DNA of 64,000 nucleotides, taken from Pseudomonadota bacterium (GTDB taxonomy: Bacteria > Myxococcota_A > UBA796 > UBA9615). The notes beneath the pieces are model-generated. The model was not told where the DNA came from and ran no database searches. It saw nothing but the letters and a program-made list of their open reading frames with translations. This document shows, one piece after another, positions 20,882-32,453 of the stretch. Every line of letters starts with the position of its first letter. Position 1 is the first letter of the stretch. The stretch lies in assembly GCA_024229515.1 (NCBI GenBank), contig JAAESI010000117.1, positions 22,419-86,418 on the forward strand, given 5' to 3'. A program made the translations under genes and the position numbers.

Positions 20882-21958
20882 TCACTCGGGCGGGTTCAAC
20901 TCCCGAAGCGCGGCGTAGGGATCGAACTTGCCCCGCTCGCGGCGCTTGCGGCGGGTCAGCTCGCTGCGCGCGGTCTCGACAAAGGCCTTCAGGTCGCCGT
21001 CGAACCGGGCGAGGGCGTCATCGAAGTCGTTCAGCCCCGTGTTGTAGACGCGGAACTGCTTGAGGCGGGCGTTGTTGAGGACCCGATCGGGGTTCAGCGC
21101 GCGGGCGTATCCGGCGCTGTGAAAGTCCAGTTCGGCGTACTCGGCGCGGGCCTGCTCGAGCACCTCCTCGCGCTGGACGACGATCTCCGAACGGGACAGC
21201 CCCGAGGCATACAAGCCCCGCAACCGGGTCACCATCGCGTGCATGAAGGCGCGGTAGGCGGCGGAGTCCTCCTCCCGCTGAAGGAACGTCGCCCACACCT
21301 CGGGGTGCTCGTCCGCGATCGACTGGAGGAACCGGCGGGAGGCCTCATCGCCGACGAAGCTGGCGAAGCTCTCGTTGAACTTGCCCTCGCCGCCCATCCA
21401 GAGCGTGGAGTGGCAGAGCTCGTGGAGCACGGTGTTGGACATCTGGGGCAGGTCCCAGTCGAGCATCGAGCGCCACAGCGGGTCCTTGAACCAGCCCAGC
21501 GTGGAGTACGCGCCGGCGCTGCGCACGTAGACGTCCCAGCCCAGCTCCTCGAGCAGCTCCTTCTCCGCGATCGCGTCCTCCTTGTCGAAGAAGCCGATGT
21601 ACGGGAGGGCGCCTACGACGGGGTACTTGTAGGAGTGCGAGGTGAACGAATCGGGGGCGGCCCCGCTGACGTTCCAGATGACGCTGTCGAAATCGGGGTT
21701 GATGGTCGTGTAGTTCTTCGTGGACGACAGACCGATGACCGACTCGCCGAACTCCTTGATGATCGGGACCCACAGGAGCATCTCCCGCTCGTCGTCGGTG
21801 AAGTCCACGGTCTCCAGTGCCCGCTCGTTCGGCACCCGCCCTGCAAGGAGCGACAGCTGCCCCTGGGCTTGCTTCGCGATGTACGAGCACCCAGGTAGGA
21901 GCAGCAGACCCGGCAGCAGGAGTACGACCAGTGGAAGCGCATAGCGACTGCGGAGCAT
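20882..21958 (-). CDS. Putative zinc metallopeptidase lipoprotein (predicted aminopeptidase family, HExxH)
   Basis: Lipobox LLLPGC; HELCH zinc-binding motif. Confidence 0.6.
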   Translation of the reverse strand: MLRSRYALPLVVLLLPGLLLLPGCSYIAKQAQGQLSLLAGRVPNERALETVDFTDDEREMLLWVPIIKEFGESVIGLSSTKNYTTINPDFDSVIWNVSGAAPDSFTSHSYKYPVVGALPYIGFFDKEDAIAEKELLEELGWDVYVRSAGAYSTLGWFKDPLWRSMLDWDLPQMSNTVLHELCHSTLWMGGEGKFNESFASFVGDEASRRFLQSIADEHPEVWATFLQREEDSAAYRAFMHAMVTRLRGLYASGLSRSEIVVQREEVLEQARAEYAELDFHSAGYARALNPDRVLNNARLKQFRVYNTGLNDFDDALARFDGDLKAFVETARSELTRRKRRERGKFDPYAALRELNPPE

Positions 21959-21981
21959 CGAGCGACGGTATCATCGCCGCC

Positions 21982-22854
21982 GTGCTGCGCCCCCTCCCCC
22001 TCATCCTCCTCGCCCTGGCCGTCGCCGGATGCGAATTCTGGAACCCGCCCGAGCCGGACCTGAACGTCGACGGCATCCTCCAGTGCGGCGACGTCGAGGT
22101 GCTGACCGAGTACGGCAGCGGCGACAGCCTCCCGGTGGAGGTCGGCACCGGCACCGGCGTGGAGCTCCGGCTCGACCTGTTCGACGGCACGCACTCGGCC
22201 CGCCTCGCGGTCGACTCCGGAGGCGGCCTCGTCCGCATGCTGGAGATCTGGGACTCGGTCTCGGGCGACCGCCTCATCACCGCGACCAAAGGCAGCGGCG
22301 AAGAGCTGACCCTCGAGCTCATCGCCACGAACACGCTGTTGCTGGACGGCACGGTGTCGGTGACGTGCGTGGCCTCGGGCGAGGTCTGCTTCAACCTCGG
22401 CGACGACGACGGCGATGGCGACGCGGACTGCGCCGACATCAGCTGCGCGCGCGCGGCCTCCTGCGTGGACGACCAGGACGACTTCTCCACCGCCGAGCTG
22501 GATTGCGGCGACACCCTGGTTCCGTTGGACGTGCCGATCCTGAGCACGATCTCCGACCAGCGCACCATCTACGCCACCAGCCCCGGCGGTGAGGAAGGGC
22601 CCGCCCAGGAGTTCTGGGGCGGCGCCGAGATCGCCATCCACGAGGTCGAAGCCGCCGGCACGATCGAGATCGAGACGCAGACCGAGGCGCTCGTCTGCCC
22701 CGGCATCCCCAGCCCCGAAGTCGTCCTGTGCGTCGAGCCCGTCCGGCTCGCGGCGGGCGAATCGGTCACCGTGTCCACCGACGAGCTGCCCCTGTGGCTC
22801 GAACCGGTCGGCCCGCAGTTCGACGCCGTCTCCGCGCGTCTGAATTGCGACTGA
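21982..22854 (+). CDS. Hypothetical lipoprotein
   Basis: GTG start at 21982 inferred from lipoprotein signal (M)LRPLPLILLALAVAGC; Asp/Cys-rich mature region; divergent from the peptidase gene. Confidence 0.45.
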   Translation: MLRPLPLILLALAVAGCEFWNPPEPDLNVDGILQCGDVEVLTEYGSGDSLPVEVGTGTGVELRLDLFDGTHSARLAVDSGGGLVRMLEIWDSVSGDRLITATKGSGEELTLELIATNTLLLDGTVSVTCVASGEVCFNLGDDDGDGDADCADISCARAASCVDDQDDFSTAELDCGDTLVPLDVPILSTISDQRTIYATSPGGEEGPAQEFWGGAEIAIHEVEAAGTIEIETQTEALVCPGIPSPEVVLCVEPVRLAAGESVTVSTDELPLWLEPVGPQFDAVSARLNCD

Positions 22855-22879
22855 GCCCGACGAAGCCTAGGTTCGCGCC

Positions 22880-23545
22880 ATGTCCGACTTGTTCGCCGAC
22901 GGAGAATTCTGGGGAAGCGGGGGCGCGATCATCGTCGTCATCGCGGCGGCGTCGCTCATCGCGATGGCCGTCTTCCTCTACCGGCTGTGGGTGCTCCAGC
23001 GCGAGCGGGTGGTCCCGCGGCGGCTGATCATCCAGGTCCGAGACCTCGTACTCCGCGGAGAGACGGCCGAGGCGATCACGCTGTGCAAGATGGACGACTC
23101 GCCCCTGGCGCGGGTGTTCATCGCGGGCCTGCGTCAGGCGGGCAAGCCGCGCGAGGTGGTCAAAGAGTTCCTCGGCGAGGTCGGCCGGCACGAAGGCATG
23201 GCGCTGCAGCGCGGCCTCGTGGTGCTGGAGACCGTCGCGGTGGTCGCTCCCCTGCTCGGTCTGCTGGGCACCGTGTGGGGCATGATCGACGTCTTCCAGG
23301 CGATCGAAACGCACGGCGTCGGCGACGCGGCGGCGCTCGCCGGCGGCATCGGCACGGCGCTGTACACGACCCTGGCGGGCCTGCTCGTCGCCATCCCCGT
23401 CCGCGTCGGCCACTCGATGGTGATGGCCAAGGTCGATCAGCTGGTGCTCGGCATGGAGGAGGAGGCGCTCGACCTGCTCGACCTCCTCGTGAACCTCGGC
23501 GAGGGGCCTGAGCCCGGCTCCGAGAGCCTGCGGGCTGTCCCCTAG
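22880..23545 (+). CDS. MotA/TolQ/ExbB proton-channel family protein
   Basis: 221 aa, three TM helices, conserved C-terminal channel helices. Confidence 0.8.
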   Translation: MSDLFADGEFWGSGGAIIVVIAAASLIAMAVFLYRLWVLQRERVVPRRLIIQVRDLVLRGETAEAITLCKMDDSPLARVFIAGLRQAGKPREVVKEFLGEVGRHEGMALQRGLVVLETVAVVAPLLGLLGTVWGMIDVFQAIETHGVGDAAALAGGIGTALYTTLAGLLVAIPVRVGHSMVMAKVDQLVLGMEEEALDLLDLLVNLGEGPEPGSESLRAVP

Positions 23546-23953
23546 ATGGACTTCTCCCACGACCGGAAGCGACGCCCGCTCATCCTCGAGCTGACGCCGC
23601 TGATCGACGTGGTGTTCCTGCTGCTGATCTTCTTCATGGTCTCGACCACGTTCGTGAACGAGCCGTCGGCGTTGGAGGTCGATCTGCCGATGAGCAGCGC
23701 CCCCGACATGATCGTCGAAGGCGAAGACATCGGCATCACGATGACCGACGACGGACGCGTGTTCGTGGACGGTGAAGGCGTGACCATGGAGCAGCTGCGC
23801 GGCGAGCTGCGGCGCATCGCCCAGCAGGCCCCCACCACCCAGGTGGTGCTCCGAGGCGACAAGGGGCTGGAGTACCAGCGGCTCATCGACGTGATGACCA
23901 TCGCGCACGAGCTGGGGCTGACGAACTTCTCGCTGGCGACGGACGAGAACTAG
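23546..23953 (+). CDS. ExbD/TolR biopolymer transport protein
   Basis: 135 aa; N-terminal TM LIDVVFLLLIFFMVS; directly follows the ExbB-like gene. Confidence 0.8.
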   Translation: MDFSHDRKRRPLILELTPLIDVVFLLLIFFMVSTTFVNEPSALEVDLPMSSAPDMIVEGEDIGITMTDDGRVFVDGEGVTMEQLRGELRRIAQQAPTTQVVLRGDKGLEYQRLIDVMTIAHELGLTNFSLATDEN

Positions 23954-23980
23954 CCTCGCGCGAAGCCCGCACCCAGCAGC

Positions 23981-24169
23981 ACCCCAGCGTCCAGATGGCT
24001 CGTCTCGACCACGGCGTGCAACCCGGGCGGCAGCTCAGCGGCATCTGAACGTCAGGTGGCGCCTCAACACGACAGATTCCGTCGACATCGGCCATGTCGA
24101 CGCCAGATGGCGGACGCCTGCACCGTCGGCGGCACCTCAGCATCCAGATGTCCTGTCTCGACCCCGGCT
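23981..24169. repeat. Imperfect direct repeat pair (about 36 bp, roughly 87% identical) plus a third CCAGATGGC core copy
   Basis: ACCcCAGCgTCCAGATGgCtcGTCTCGACCaCGGC at 23981-24016 versus ACCtCAGCaTCCAGATGtCctGTCTCGACCcCGGC at 24134-24169; core also at 24102-24111. Confidence 0.45.
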
Positions 24170-24213
24170 GAGATCGGCCGGAACCGGGCGGAACCGACGG
24201 TGTCAGGTCCTCT

Positions 24214-24889
24214 GTGGCCGCCTGGCTCCCCCTGTTGCTACTCACGACCGCCGTGCTCCCGCAGGCGCACGGCAACGTCGAGTACGCGAAAGGCCGTCAC
24301 AACCTGTTGATCGTCGATGTCGGTGCGTCGCCGGGCATGACCTTTGGCTCCGGCGACGGGGTCCCCGATGACTTCCTGGCCTGGCCGGGCAGCGGGTTCA
24401 TTCACCTCGAGGACGTCGCCCCCGGAACCGAACGGATCGTGGGCCCGATCCCCACACGCCCCCTCCGGCTGTTCGACCAGGGCTCGCTGGTAGCCCGGTT
24501 CGAAGCCCGAACGGGCCACGTCTCCAAACCCGCGCTGAGACCCAGGACGGTCCGTCGGCCTCCTCCCGTCCCCTCGTGGGGGGGGCCTCCTGGCCGCGGG
24601 CGTGGTGCTCCTCTTCGGGCTCGTCGGGCTGAACATCCTGCGCCGGCGGTGGACCGAACTGGCGCTGTGGCCTCCGCCCCAAGACTCGGCCGAGTTGGCC
24701 GCCCTCGAGGAGGGAGTCGCCGATCTCCGACACGTCGCGCCGAAGGAGTCGCGGTGTGGATGCGGTTCCGCCGCCTGGCGCGTGATCTGCCCGGGCTGTT
24801 CGACCGCCAGGAACTGCGACCGGACGTGGAGCGCCTGCTTCGGCCGCCCGCTCCGGCGACCGCGCCGACGGCCGAAGGGGGGGGACTGA
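24214..24889 (+). other. Probable frameshifted gene for a secreted or single-pass membrane protein (frame changes at a G8 tract)
   Basis: Frame 1 ORF from ATG 24214 has signal peptide MAAWLPLLLLTTAVLPQAHG and high GC3 to about 24540; downstream the high-GC3 frame is frame 2 (GGGLLAAGVVLLFGLVGLNILRRR... to stop 24887-24889); G8 homopolymer at 24578-24585 sits at the switch. Confidence 0.3.
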
Positions 24890-25002
24890 GCCTCGCCGGG
24901 CCTTCGGACGGCGGTCAACTGAGCCTCGAGAGCCGCCCCGATCGGGGCCGTCTGAGCCAGGTCAACGAAGGAACTTTGAGCCTCGTTCGATCGACGGAGT
25001 GA
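24760..25002 (+). CDS. Possible small ORF (80 aa) with LSL repeats
   Basis: ATG 24760 preceded by AAGGAG (24743-24748); high GC3; overlaps the frame-2 segment above, so gene model is unresolved. Confidence 0.25.
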   Translation: MRFRRLARDLPGLFDRQELRPDVERLLRPPAPATAPTAEGGGLSLAGPSDGGQLSLESRPDRGRLSQVNEGTLSLVRSTE

Positions 25003-25031
25003 ATTCCCCGCCAGTATTGGCGCGTCTTACC

Positions 25032-25060
25032 TTGAGCGCGATCGTGCGCATCTCTATAAT
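25032..25060 (+). promoter_or_regulatory. Candidate sigma-70-type promoter upstream of ftsB
   Basis: TTGAGC (25032-25037), 17-bp spacer, TATAAT (25055-25060) in a locally AT-rich patch; ftsB GTG at 25090. Confidence 0.4.
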
Positions 25061-25089
25061 CTATAGACGTCCGGAGATCTCGCTCGCTC

Positions 25090-25436
25090 GTGACCGATAA
25101 CTCGACCCTTCGATCTGCGCTTCCGCTGATCCTCTTCGCCGTCCTCGCGGGCGGCGCGGCGTGGGCGTGCTTTGGCGATCGCGGGATCCTGGCCAACCGC
25201 AGCCTCCAGGCCGAGGTCGACTCGCGGCAGGTTCGCATCGAAGAGCGAACCGAGACGATCGCCCACCTCCGCAGTGAGATCGCCCGCATGGAGACCGACA
25301 CGCGGGTGCAGGAGCGCTGGATCCGACAAGAACTCGGCTACGTGAAGCCCGGCGAGCTGCTGTACCTCTTCCCCGGAGACCGCGCCGCGGACTTCGCGTT
25401 TCTGCACGACCGTCACATCGAGCCCGGAGCGCAGCC

Positions 25437-25440
<4 letters not shown>
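25090..25440 (+). CDS. ftsB: Septum formation initiator (FtsB/DivIC family)
   Basis: 116 aa; N-terminal TM then coiled-coil (EVDSRQVRIEERTETIAHLRSEIARMETD) and ELGYVKPGELLY motif. Confidence 0.7.
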
Positions 25441-27641
<2,201 letters not shown>

Positions 27642-27657
27642 GAGGCTCTAGGGAGCT

Positions 27658-28134
27658 CTAGGCGTCGTCCAGGACGGCGCTGATCTGGGTGTCGGTCAAG
27701 CCGAGCTGGTGGCCCACCGCCTCGGCCTGAGGCCGGAACGCCGACACGCCCGCGAGGCTCCCCAGCAGGTACTGCTTGGCCTGTACCGCGAGCTCGTCCT
27801 TGCGGTCCCCGGTGATACCCAGGTCCGAACAGACGGCATTGATCCACTCGTCCTCGCGGTCGGAGATGCGGCCGTCCGCGAGCGCCAATAGCTGAAGCGA
27901 CGACAGGAACAGCTCGCGCTCCTTGTCGGAGCTGAGGGGGCCACCACCGGCAGCCGCGAAGTCCCCACCGTTGGTCGGATCGATGCCGACGCCACGTTCG
28001 AACTCCTCCACCAGGGCAAGCTCGTTGTTGTGAAGCCCGTCACAGTCCGCGAGCGCGCGGAGCCCGCTGGCGATGTACGCCGCGGCGTCTTGGCTGAGGT
28101 CGACGTCTGCGAACAACTCGATCATCGATTGCAC
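27658..28134 (-). CDS. TerB-like domain protein
   Basis: 158 aa acidic helical protein; weak family call. Confidence 0.4.
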   Translation of the reverse strand: MQSMIELFADVDLSQDAAAYIASGLRALADCDGLHNNELALVEEFERGVGIDPTNGGDFAAAGGGPLSSDKERELFLSSLQLLALADGRISDREDEWINAVCSDLGITGDRKDELAVQAKQYLLGSLAGVSAFRPQAEAVGHQLGLTDTQISAVLDDA

Positions 28135-28165
28135 CTCCCGAAAGGGCGCTTATCGTACGCGTTCG

Positions 28166-28855
28166 ATGCGAACTTTTCAGGCCGCTGTGCTCATCCTCTC
28201 GTTCCTCCTCGTCGGCTGCGCCAGCGGCACGGCCGATCACTACGAGCAGGCGATCGGGATCGAGCGGGAGCTGCTCCGCCGCAACCCCACCATCACGTAC
28301 AGCCACCCCGGCTACGTGTCCGTGCTCCGCGAGCTCGACAAGGTCCCCCGCGGGCACGAGGACCGGGACAAGGCCGACACGCTGACCCAGCGGATCTCGG
28401 ACGGCCGGCGCATCGCCCTGAACGACAAGCTGCCGCAGGTCGACCACCTCCCCAACCGGCTCGAAGGGGTGGAGATGCCGCGCCCCAGCGCCGCCGCGGG
28501 ATCCAGCCGTCGGACCGGCCTGCCGCCATCCGCGCCGGCCGCCCGACGCACCCTCGATCGCGCCGCTCAGGGAGCCCTCGGGGAGCTGACATCGGCCCAG
28601 ATCGAGTCGCTCGACATCACGATGTACAGCACCTCGTGGTGCGGCTACTGCCGCAAGGCGCGCTCCTTCTTCCAGGGCCGGGGCATCCCGTTCGTGGAGA
28701 AGGACGTCGAGAAGGATCGCCAGGGGGCCGCGGAGTTCCGTGAGATCTCGGGCGGTCGCGGCGGCGTGCCGGTGATCGTGGTCAACGGCCAGGTCATGCG
28801 CGGCTTCAGCCAGCCGGCCGTCGAAGCGGCGATCGCGCAGGCCGTCGGCGGCTAG
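28166..28855 (+). CDS. Lipoprotein with C-terminal glutaredoxin-like domain
   Basis: ATG 28166 (MRTFQAAVLILSFLLVGC lipobox); C-terminal MYSTSWCGYCRKAR thioredoxin-fold CxxC motif. Confidence 0.6.
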   Translation: MRTFQAAVLILSFLLVGCASGTADHYEQAIGIERELLRRNPTITYSHPGYVSVLRELDKVPRGHEDRDKADTLTQRISDGRRIALNDKLPQVDHLPNRLEGVEMPRPSAAAGSSRRTGLPPSAPAARRTLDRAAQGALGELTSAQIESLDITMYSTSWCGYCRKARSFFQGRGIPFVEKDVEKDRQGAAEFREISGGRGGVPVIVVNGQVMRGFSQPAVEAAIAQAVGG

Positions 28856-29730
28856 TCCTCCGCCGACTCCTCGGCGTCGTCGTCGTCCTCGGTGACGGTG
28901 CCGATCTTCGGCTTGCCCCACAGCCACGCGGTCACGATGCCGATCTCGTACAGCAGGATGAAGGGGAGCGCGACGGCCACCTGGCTGCCCGGATCGGGCG
29001 GCGTGATGGTGGCGGCGAGCACGAACCCGAGCACGATCGCGTAGCGGCGGAAGTGGCGCAGCCCTTCGGCCGTCACCAGACCCATGCGGGCCAGGAAGAA
29101 GATGATCAGCGGCGTCTGGAAGACCGCCCCGAAGGCCACGAGGAACCGGATGATGAAGCTGAGGTACTCCTCGACCTTCAGCTGCGTGGTGACCCCACTC
29201 TTGGCGTTGTAGCTCGTGAAGAACTCGATCGCGTACGGGAGGATGCCGTAGTAGCAAAGCGCGATCCCGACCGCGAACAGCAGCGTCGAGAGGATCACGA
29301 ACGGCCACACCATCCGGCGTTCGTTCTTGTAGAGCCCGGGCGCGACGAAGCCCCAGGTCTGCCACGCGATGACCGGCATCGCGACGACCAGGGCGCCGAA
29401 GAAGCCGACCTTCAGGTCGGTCATGAACGCCTCGTACAGCTTCGTCGCGATGAACTCGCCCTCGTGCAGCTTCCCGTCCGCGGGGGCGATGAGGAAGTCG
29501 AAGATCTCGCCGCCGAAGGGCAGGCAGATCACGAGGCCGACGATCAGGCCGATGCCCGCCTTGACCATGCGGTTGCGCAGCTCGAGCAGGTGCTCCAGCA
29601 GCGTCATGCGGTACTCCTCGACCTCGTCGCCAGGCCCGTCGTCGTCCTCGGCCTCGGGGTCGACGTCCGCGTCCGTCTCGGTCGGTTCGACCGGCTCCTC
29701 GATCGGCACGGGGAGGGTCTCGTCGATCAC
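28852..29730 (-). CDS. tatC: Twin-arginine translocase subunit TatC
   Basis: 292 aa, six TM helices, conserved TatC N-terminus (MTLLEHLLELRNR). Confidence 0.9.
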   Translation of the reverse strand: MIDETLPVPIEEPVEPTETDADVDPEAEDDDGPGDEVEEYRMTLLEHLLELRNRMVKAGIGLIVGLVICLPFGGEIFDFLIAPADGKLHEGEFIATKLYEAFMTDLKVGFFGALVVAMPVIAWQTWGFVAPGLYKNERRMVWPFVILSTLLFAVGIALCYYGILPYAIEFFTSYNAKSGVTTQLKVEEYLSFIIRFLVAFGAVFQTPLIIFFLARMGLVTAEGLRHFRRYAIVLGFVLAATITPPDPGSQVAVALPFILLYEIGIVTAWLWGKPKIGTVTEDDDDAEESAED

Positions 29731-30053
29731 GACGCCTCCTCGTCCGGCTCCGGCGTCGTCTCGGCCACGGCGGGCCCAAATTCAGGTTCGACGGGCGCCG
29801 GCTCGGCCGCACGCTGGGCGGCTCGCTTGGCGCGGAACTCCTCCCGCCGCTTCTCCGCCTCGGCCCGCCGCTCAGCGCGGTCTTCCTCCAGCAGCTCCTG
29901 GTCCAGGGTCTGCCGCAGCTCCCAGGTCGTCTTGCGGATCATCCCGTAGAACTTGCCCAGGTACTGGGCCACCTCCGGCAGGCGCCGGGGGCCCAAGACG
30001 AGCAGTCCGATCCCGAAAATGAGCAGGATCTCCAGTGGGCCCAGGTTGAACAT
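29727..30053 (-). CDS. Twin-arginine translocase TatA/TatB family protein
   Basis: Start at internal ATG 30053: MFNLGPLEILLIFGIGLLVLGPRRLPEV followed by charged helix; immediately upstream of tatC with 4-nt overlap. Confidence 0.7.
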   Translation of the reverse strand: MFNLGPLEILLIFGIGLLVLGPRRLPEVAQYLGKFYGMIRKTTWELRQTLDQELLEEDRAERRAEAEKRREEFRAKRAAQRAAEPAPVEPEFGPAVAETTPEPDEEAS

Positions 30054-30110
30054 TCGGAGGAGTATGGTGCCTTGCGTGGACCCGTGCGAGTCCGTTAAGA
30101 GGATTGTCTG

Positions 30111-30998
30111 ATGTGCCGCATGTTCGCCTTCATGAGCCGGGTTTCGCTGAAGGTCCAGCGATCCCTGGTCAAGGCCGAGAACGCCCTCCAGGCGCAGTCT
30201 CGCGGCCATCCGCATGGTTGGGGCATCGCCTACTACCTCGCGGGCGAGTCCACCCCGCGGCAGGTCAAGAGCATCGAGGCGGCCTTCGCCGACGAGCGGT
30301 TCCAGCGGGTCAGTGAGTTCCTCACGTCACACGCGGTCGTCGCCCACGTGCGCAAGGCGACCGTCGGCGACCTCGCGATCGAGAACACCCACCCCTTCTT
30401 CGACGCCGGCTGGACCTTCTGCCACAACGGCACGATCTTCGGCTTCCGGGACATCGAGGACGAGGTCCGCGAGCGCATCCACCCGCGGTTCCTGAGCCAC
30501 ATCACGGGCACCACCGACAGCGAACACTTGTTCTATCTGGTGCTCACGGCGCTGGAGAAGGTCGGCCTGGACGTCGAACACCCCGCGGGCCGGGTCCCCG
30601 ACGGCACCGGCGACGCCCTCAGCGAGTTGATGTCCTGGCTGCGCGACCGATCGCTGGAGACCGGGGCGGACGAGCGCGAGCCGATGATGAACTTCGCGCT
30701 GACCAACGGCCGGCTGCTCCTGGCTCACCGATTCAACGGTGGCCTGAGCTTCTCCACCCAGAAGCGCCGCTGCGCCGACTTCGACATCTGCCCCATCGCC
30801 GAGAAGGTCTGCTTCGGCCCCCGCCGGACCGGCATCCGTCACACCCACGTCCTGATCGCGTCGGACCCGACGAGCCCGGATGACGTGTGGGAGGAGATCC
30901 CGAACCGGGGCTGGCTGTCGGTGGACGACGAGTTCCGCATGCACGTGCAGGCGCTGGACGGCGTGACCGGGCCGGACTGCTGGTTCAGCGGCAGCTAG
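30111..30998 (+). CDS. Class II (Ntn-type) glutamine amidotransferase domain protein
   Basis: N-terminal Met-Cys (MCRMFAF) nucleophile arrangement and GHPHGWGIAYY motif. Confidence 0.6.
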   Translation: MCRMFAFMSRVSLKVQRSLVKAENALQAQSRGHPHGWGIAYYLAGESTPRQVKSIEAAFADERFQRVSEFLTSHAVVAHVRKATVGDLAIENTHPFFDAGWTFCHNGTIFGFRDIEDEVRERIHPRFLSHITGTTDSEHLFYLVLTALEKVGLDVEHPAGRVPDGTGDALSELMSWLRDRSLETGADEREPMMNFALTNGRLLLAHRFNGGLSFSTQKRRCADFDICPIAEKVCFGPRRTGIRHTHVLIASDPTSPDDVWEEIPNRGWLSVDDEFRMHVQALDGVTGPDCWFSGS

Positions 30999-32443
30999 AG
31001 CAGCGGGGACCAGAGCGACCAGAACGAAGACCACGCCCGCACGATGGGGCCCCGGGCGGCCGCCCACTCGGGGGGTAGCCGCTCGCTGCGTTCTCGCTGC
31101 GCCTCGAAGTAGCCGACGATCTGCCCCACCGCGTCCTCGCCGACGATGCCGAGGTTGAGCTCGTAGTTGAGGTGGAAGCTGCGCGGATCGACGTTGGCGG
31201 AGCCGATCGTCGCCCAGCCGTCGTCCAGCACGAGCAGCTTGCTGTGCACGAACGGCGGCTCCCGGCGCCAGACCTCCACGCCGCCCTCCAGCAGCTCCGC
31301 GAAGGACGACTTCATCGCCCAGTCGACGTACCGGTGGTCGCTGCGCACCGGCACGATGAGCTGCACCTGCACCCCCCGCTGAGCGGCGGTCGTCATCGCC
31401 ATCATCAGCGCTTCGTCGGGGATGAAGTACGGCGACTGCAGCCGCACCACGCGGGTCGCGTTGTGGATGCCCGCGACCAGGGTCTTGTGCCAGATCTCGC
31501 GGTCCCCATCGGGCCCCGACGGGAGCATCCGGCAGGTCGCCTCCCCCGCGGGCACGCTCTCGGGGAAGAACTTCGGTTCGACCAGCTTCTCCCCGGTGGC
31601 GTAGTGCCAATCCTCGGCGAAGGCGGCCATGAGCTGATGCACCGCCAGCCCCTTGACCTCGAAGTGGCAGTCCTCGGAGGTGACCCCCACGTCCTTCTGG
31701 GTGGTGTGCCGGGCCGAGATGTTGGTGCCGCCGGTGAACCCCACGGTCCCGTCCACGACGACGATCTTGCGGTGGTTGCGGAGGTTGATCTGGAAGCGGC
31801 CGCGCAGCAGCGAGCGGGAAGCGAAGGGGCTGATGCGGACGCCGTCAGCCTGCGCCTCCGACACCGCCACGAGGTCGAGGTTCAACGAGCCGATGGCGTC
31901 GTAGAGCAGGTAGCAGCTGACCCCCCGCTGGCTCGCGCGGCGCAGCGCCTGCAGCACCTGCGTGCCGATGGCGTCGCAGTCGTAGATGTACGTCTCCAGG
32001 ACGACGAAGGACTGCGCCGCGTCGATGGCGCCGAGCAGCCGGGGGAACAGCTTGTCGCCGCCGTCGATCAGATCGACCCGGTTGTGGGTGGCGGCCCGGT
32101 ACCGCGACAGCTTCGCCAGCAGGTGGGCGAAGTCGTCCAGGTGATCGGGGAGCCCCTCGGTCTCGAACGGCGCTCCGCTCTGGCTGCGATCCGCCTCCAG
32201 CAGCGCCGAGATCTCACCCCGCACGTCCTGGTTGCGCAGCTCCTTGATGGTCGCCCGCCGGCCGATCCGGTCGACCCCGATGAGCGCGTAGACCATCGCC
32301 CCCACGATGGGGAACACCGCGATGCTGATCAGCCACAGCAGCCGGCTCTGCGCGAGCTTCTTGTGCAGCAGCACGTGCCACGCCGCCCAGAGCGCCAGGG
32401 CGATCCACAGGACGGCGGTCGCCGCACCCCACAGCGCGGTCAT
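30995..32443 (-). CDS. cls: Cardiolipin synthase (phospholipase D family)
   Basis: 482 aa; N-terminal TM helices; two HKD motifs (NHRKIVVVDG, HSKLLVLDD). Confidence 0.85.
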   Translation of the reverse strand: MTALWGAATAVLWIALALWAAWHVLLHKKLAQSRLLWLISIAVFPIVGAMVYALIGVDRIGRRATIKELRNQDVRGEISALLEADRSQSGAPFETEGLPDHLDDFAHLLAKLSRYRAATHNRVDLIDGGDKLFPRLLGAIDAAQSFVVLETYIYDCDAIGTQVLQALRRASQRGVSCYLLYDAIGSLNLDLVAVSEAQADGVRISPFASRSLLRGRFQINLRNHRKIVVVDGTVGFTGGTNISARHTTQKDVGVTSEDCHFEVKGLAVHQLMAAFAEDWHYATGEKLVEPKFFPESVPAGEATCRMLPSGPDGDREIWHKTLVAGIHNATRVVRLQSPYFIPDEALMMAMTTAAQRGVQVQLIVPVRSDHRYVDWAMKSSFAELLEGGVEVWRREPPFVHSKLLVLDDGWATIGSANVDPRSFHLNYELNLGIVGEDAVGQIVGYFEAQRERSERLPPEWAAARGPIVRAWSSFWSLWSPLL

Positions 32444-32453
32444 CTAGGAGGTC

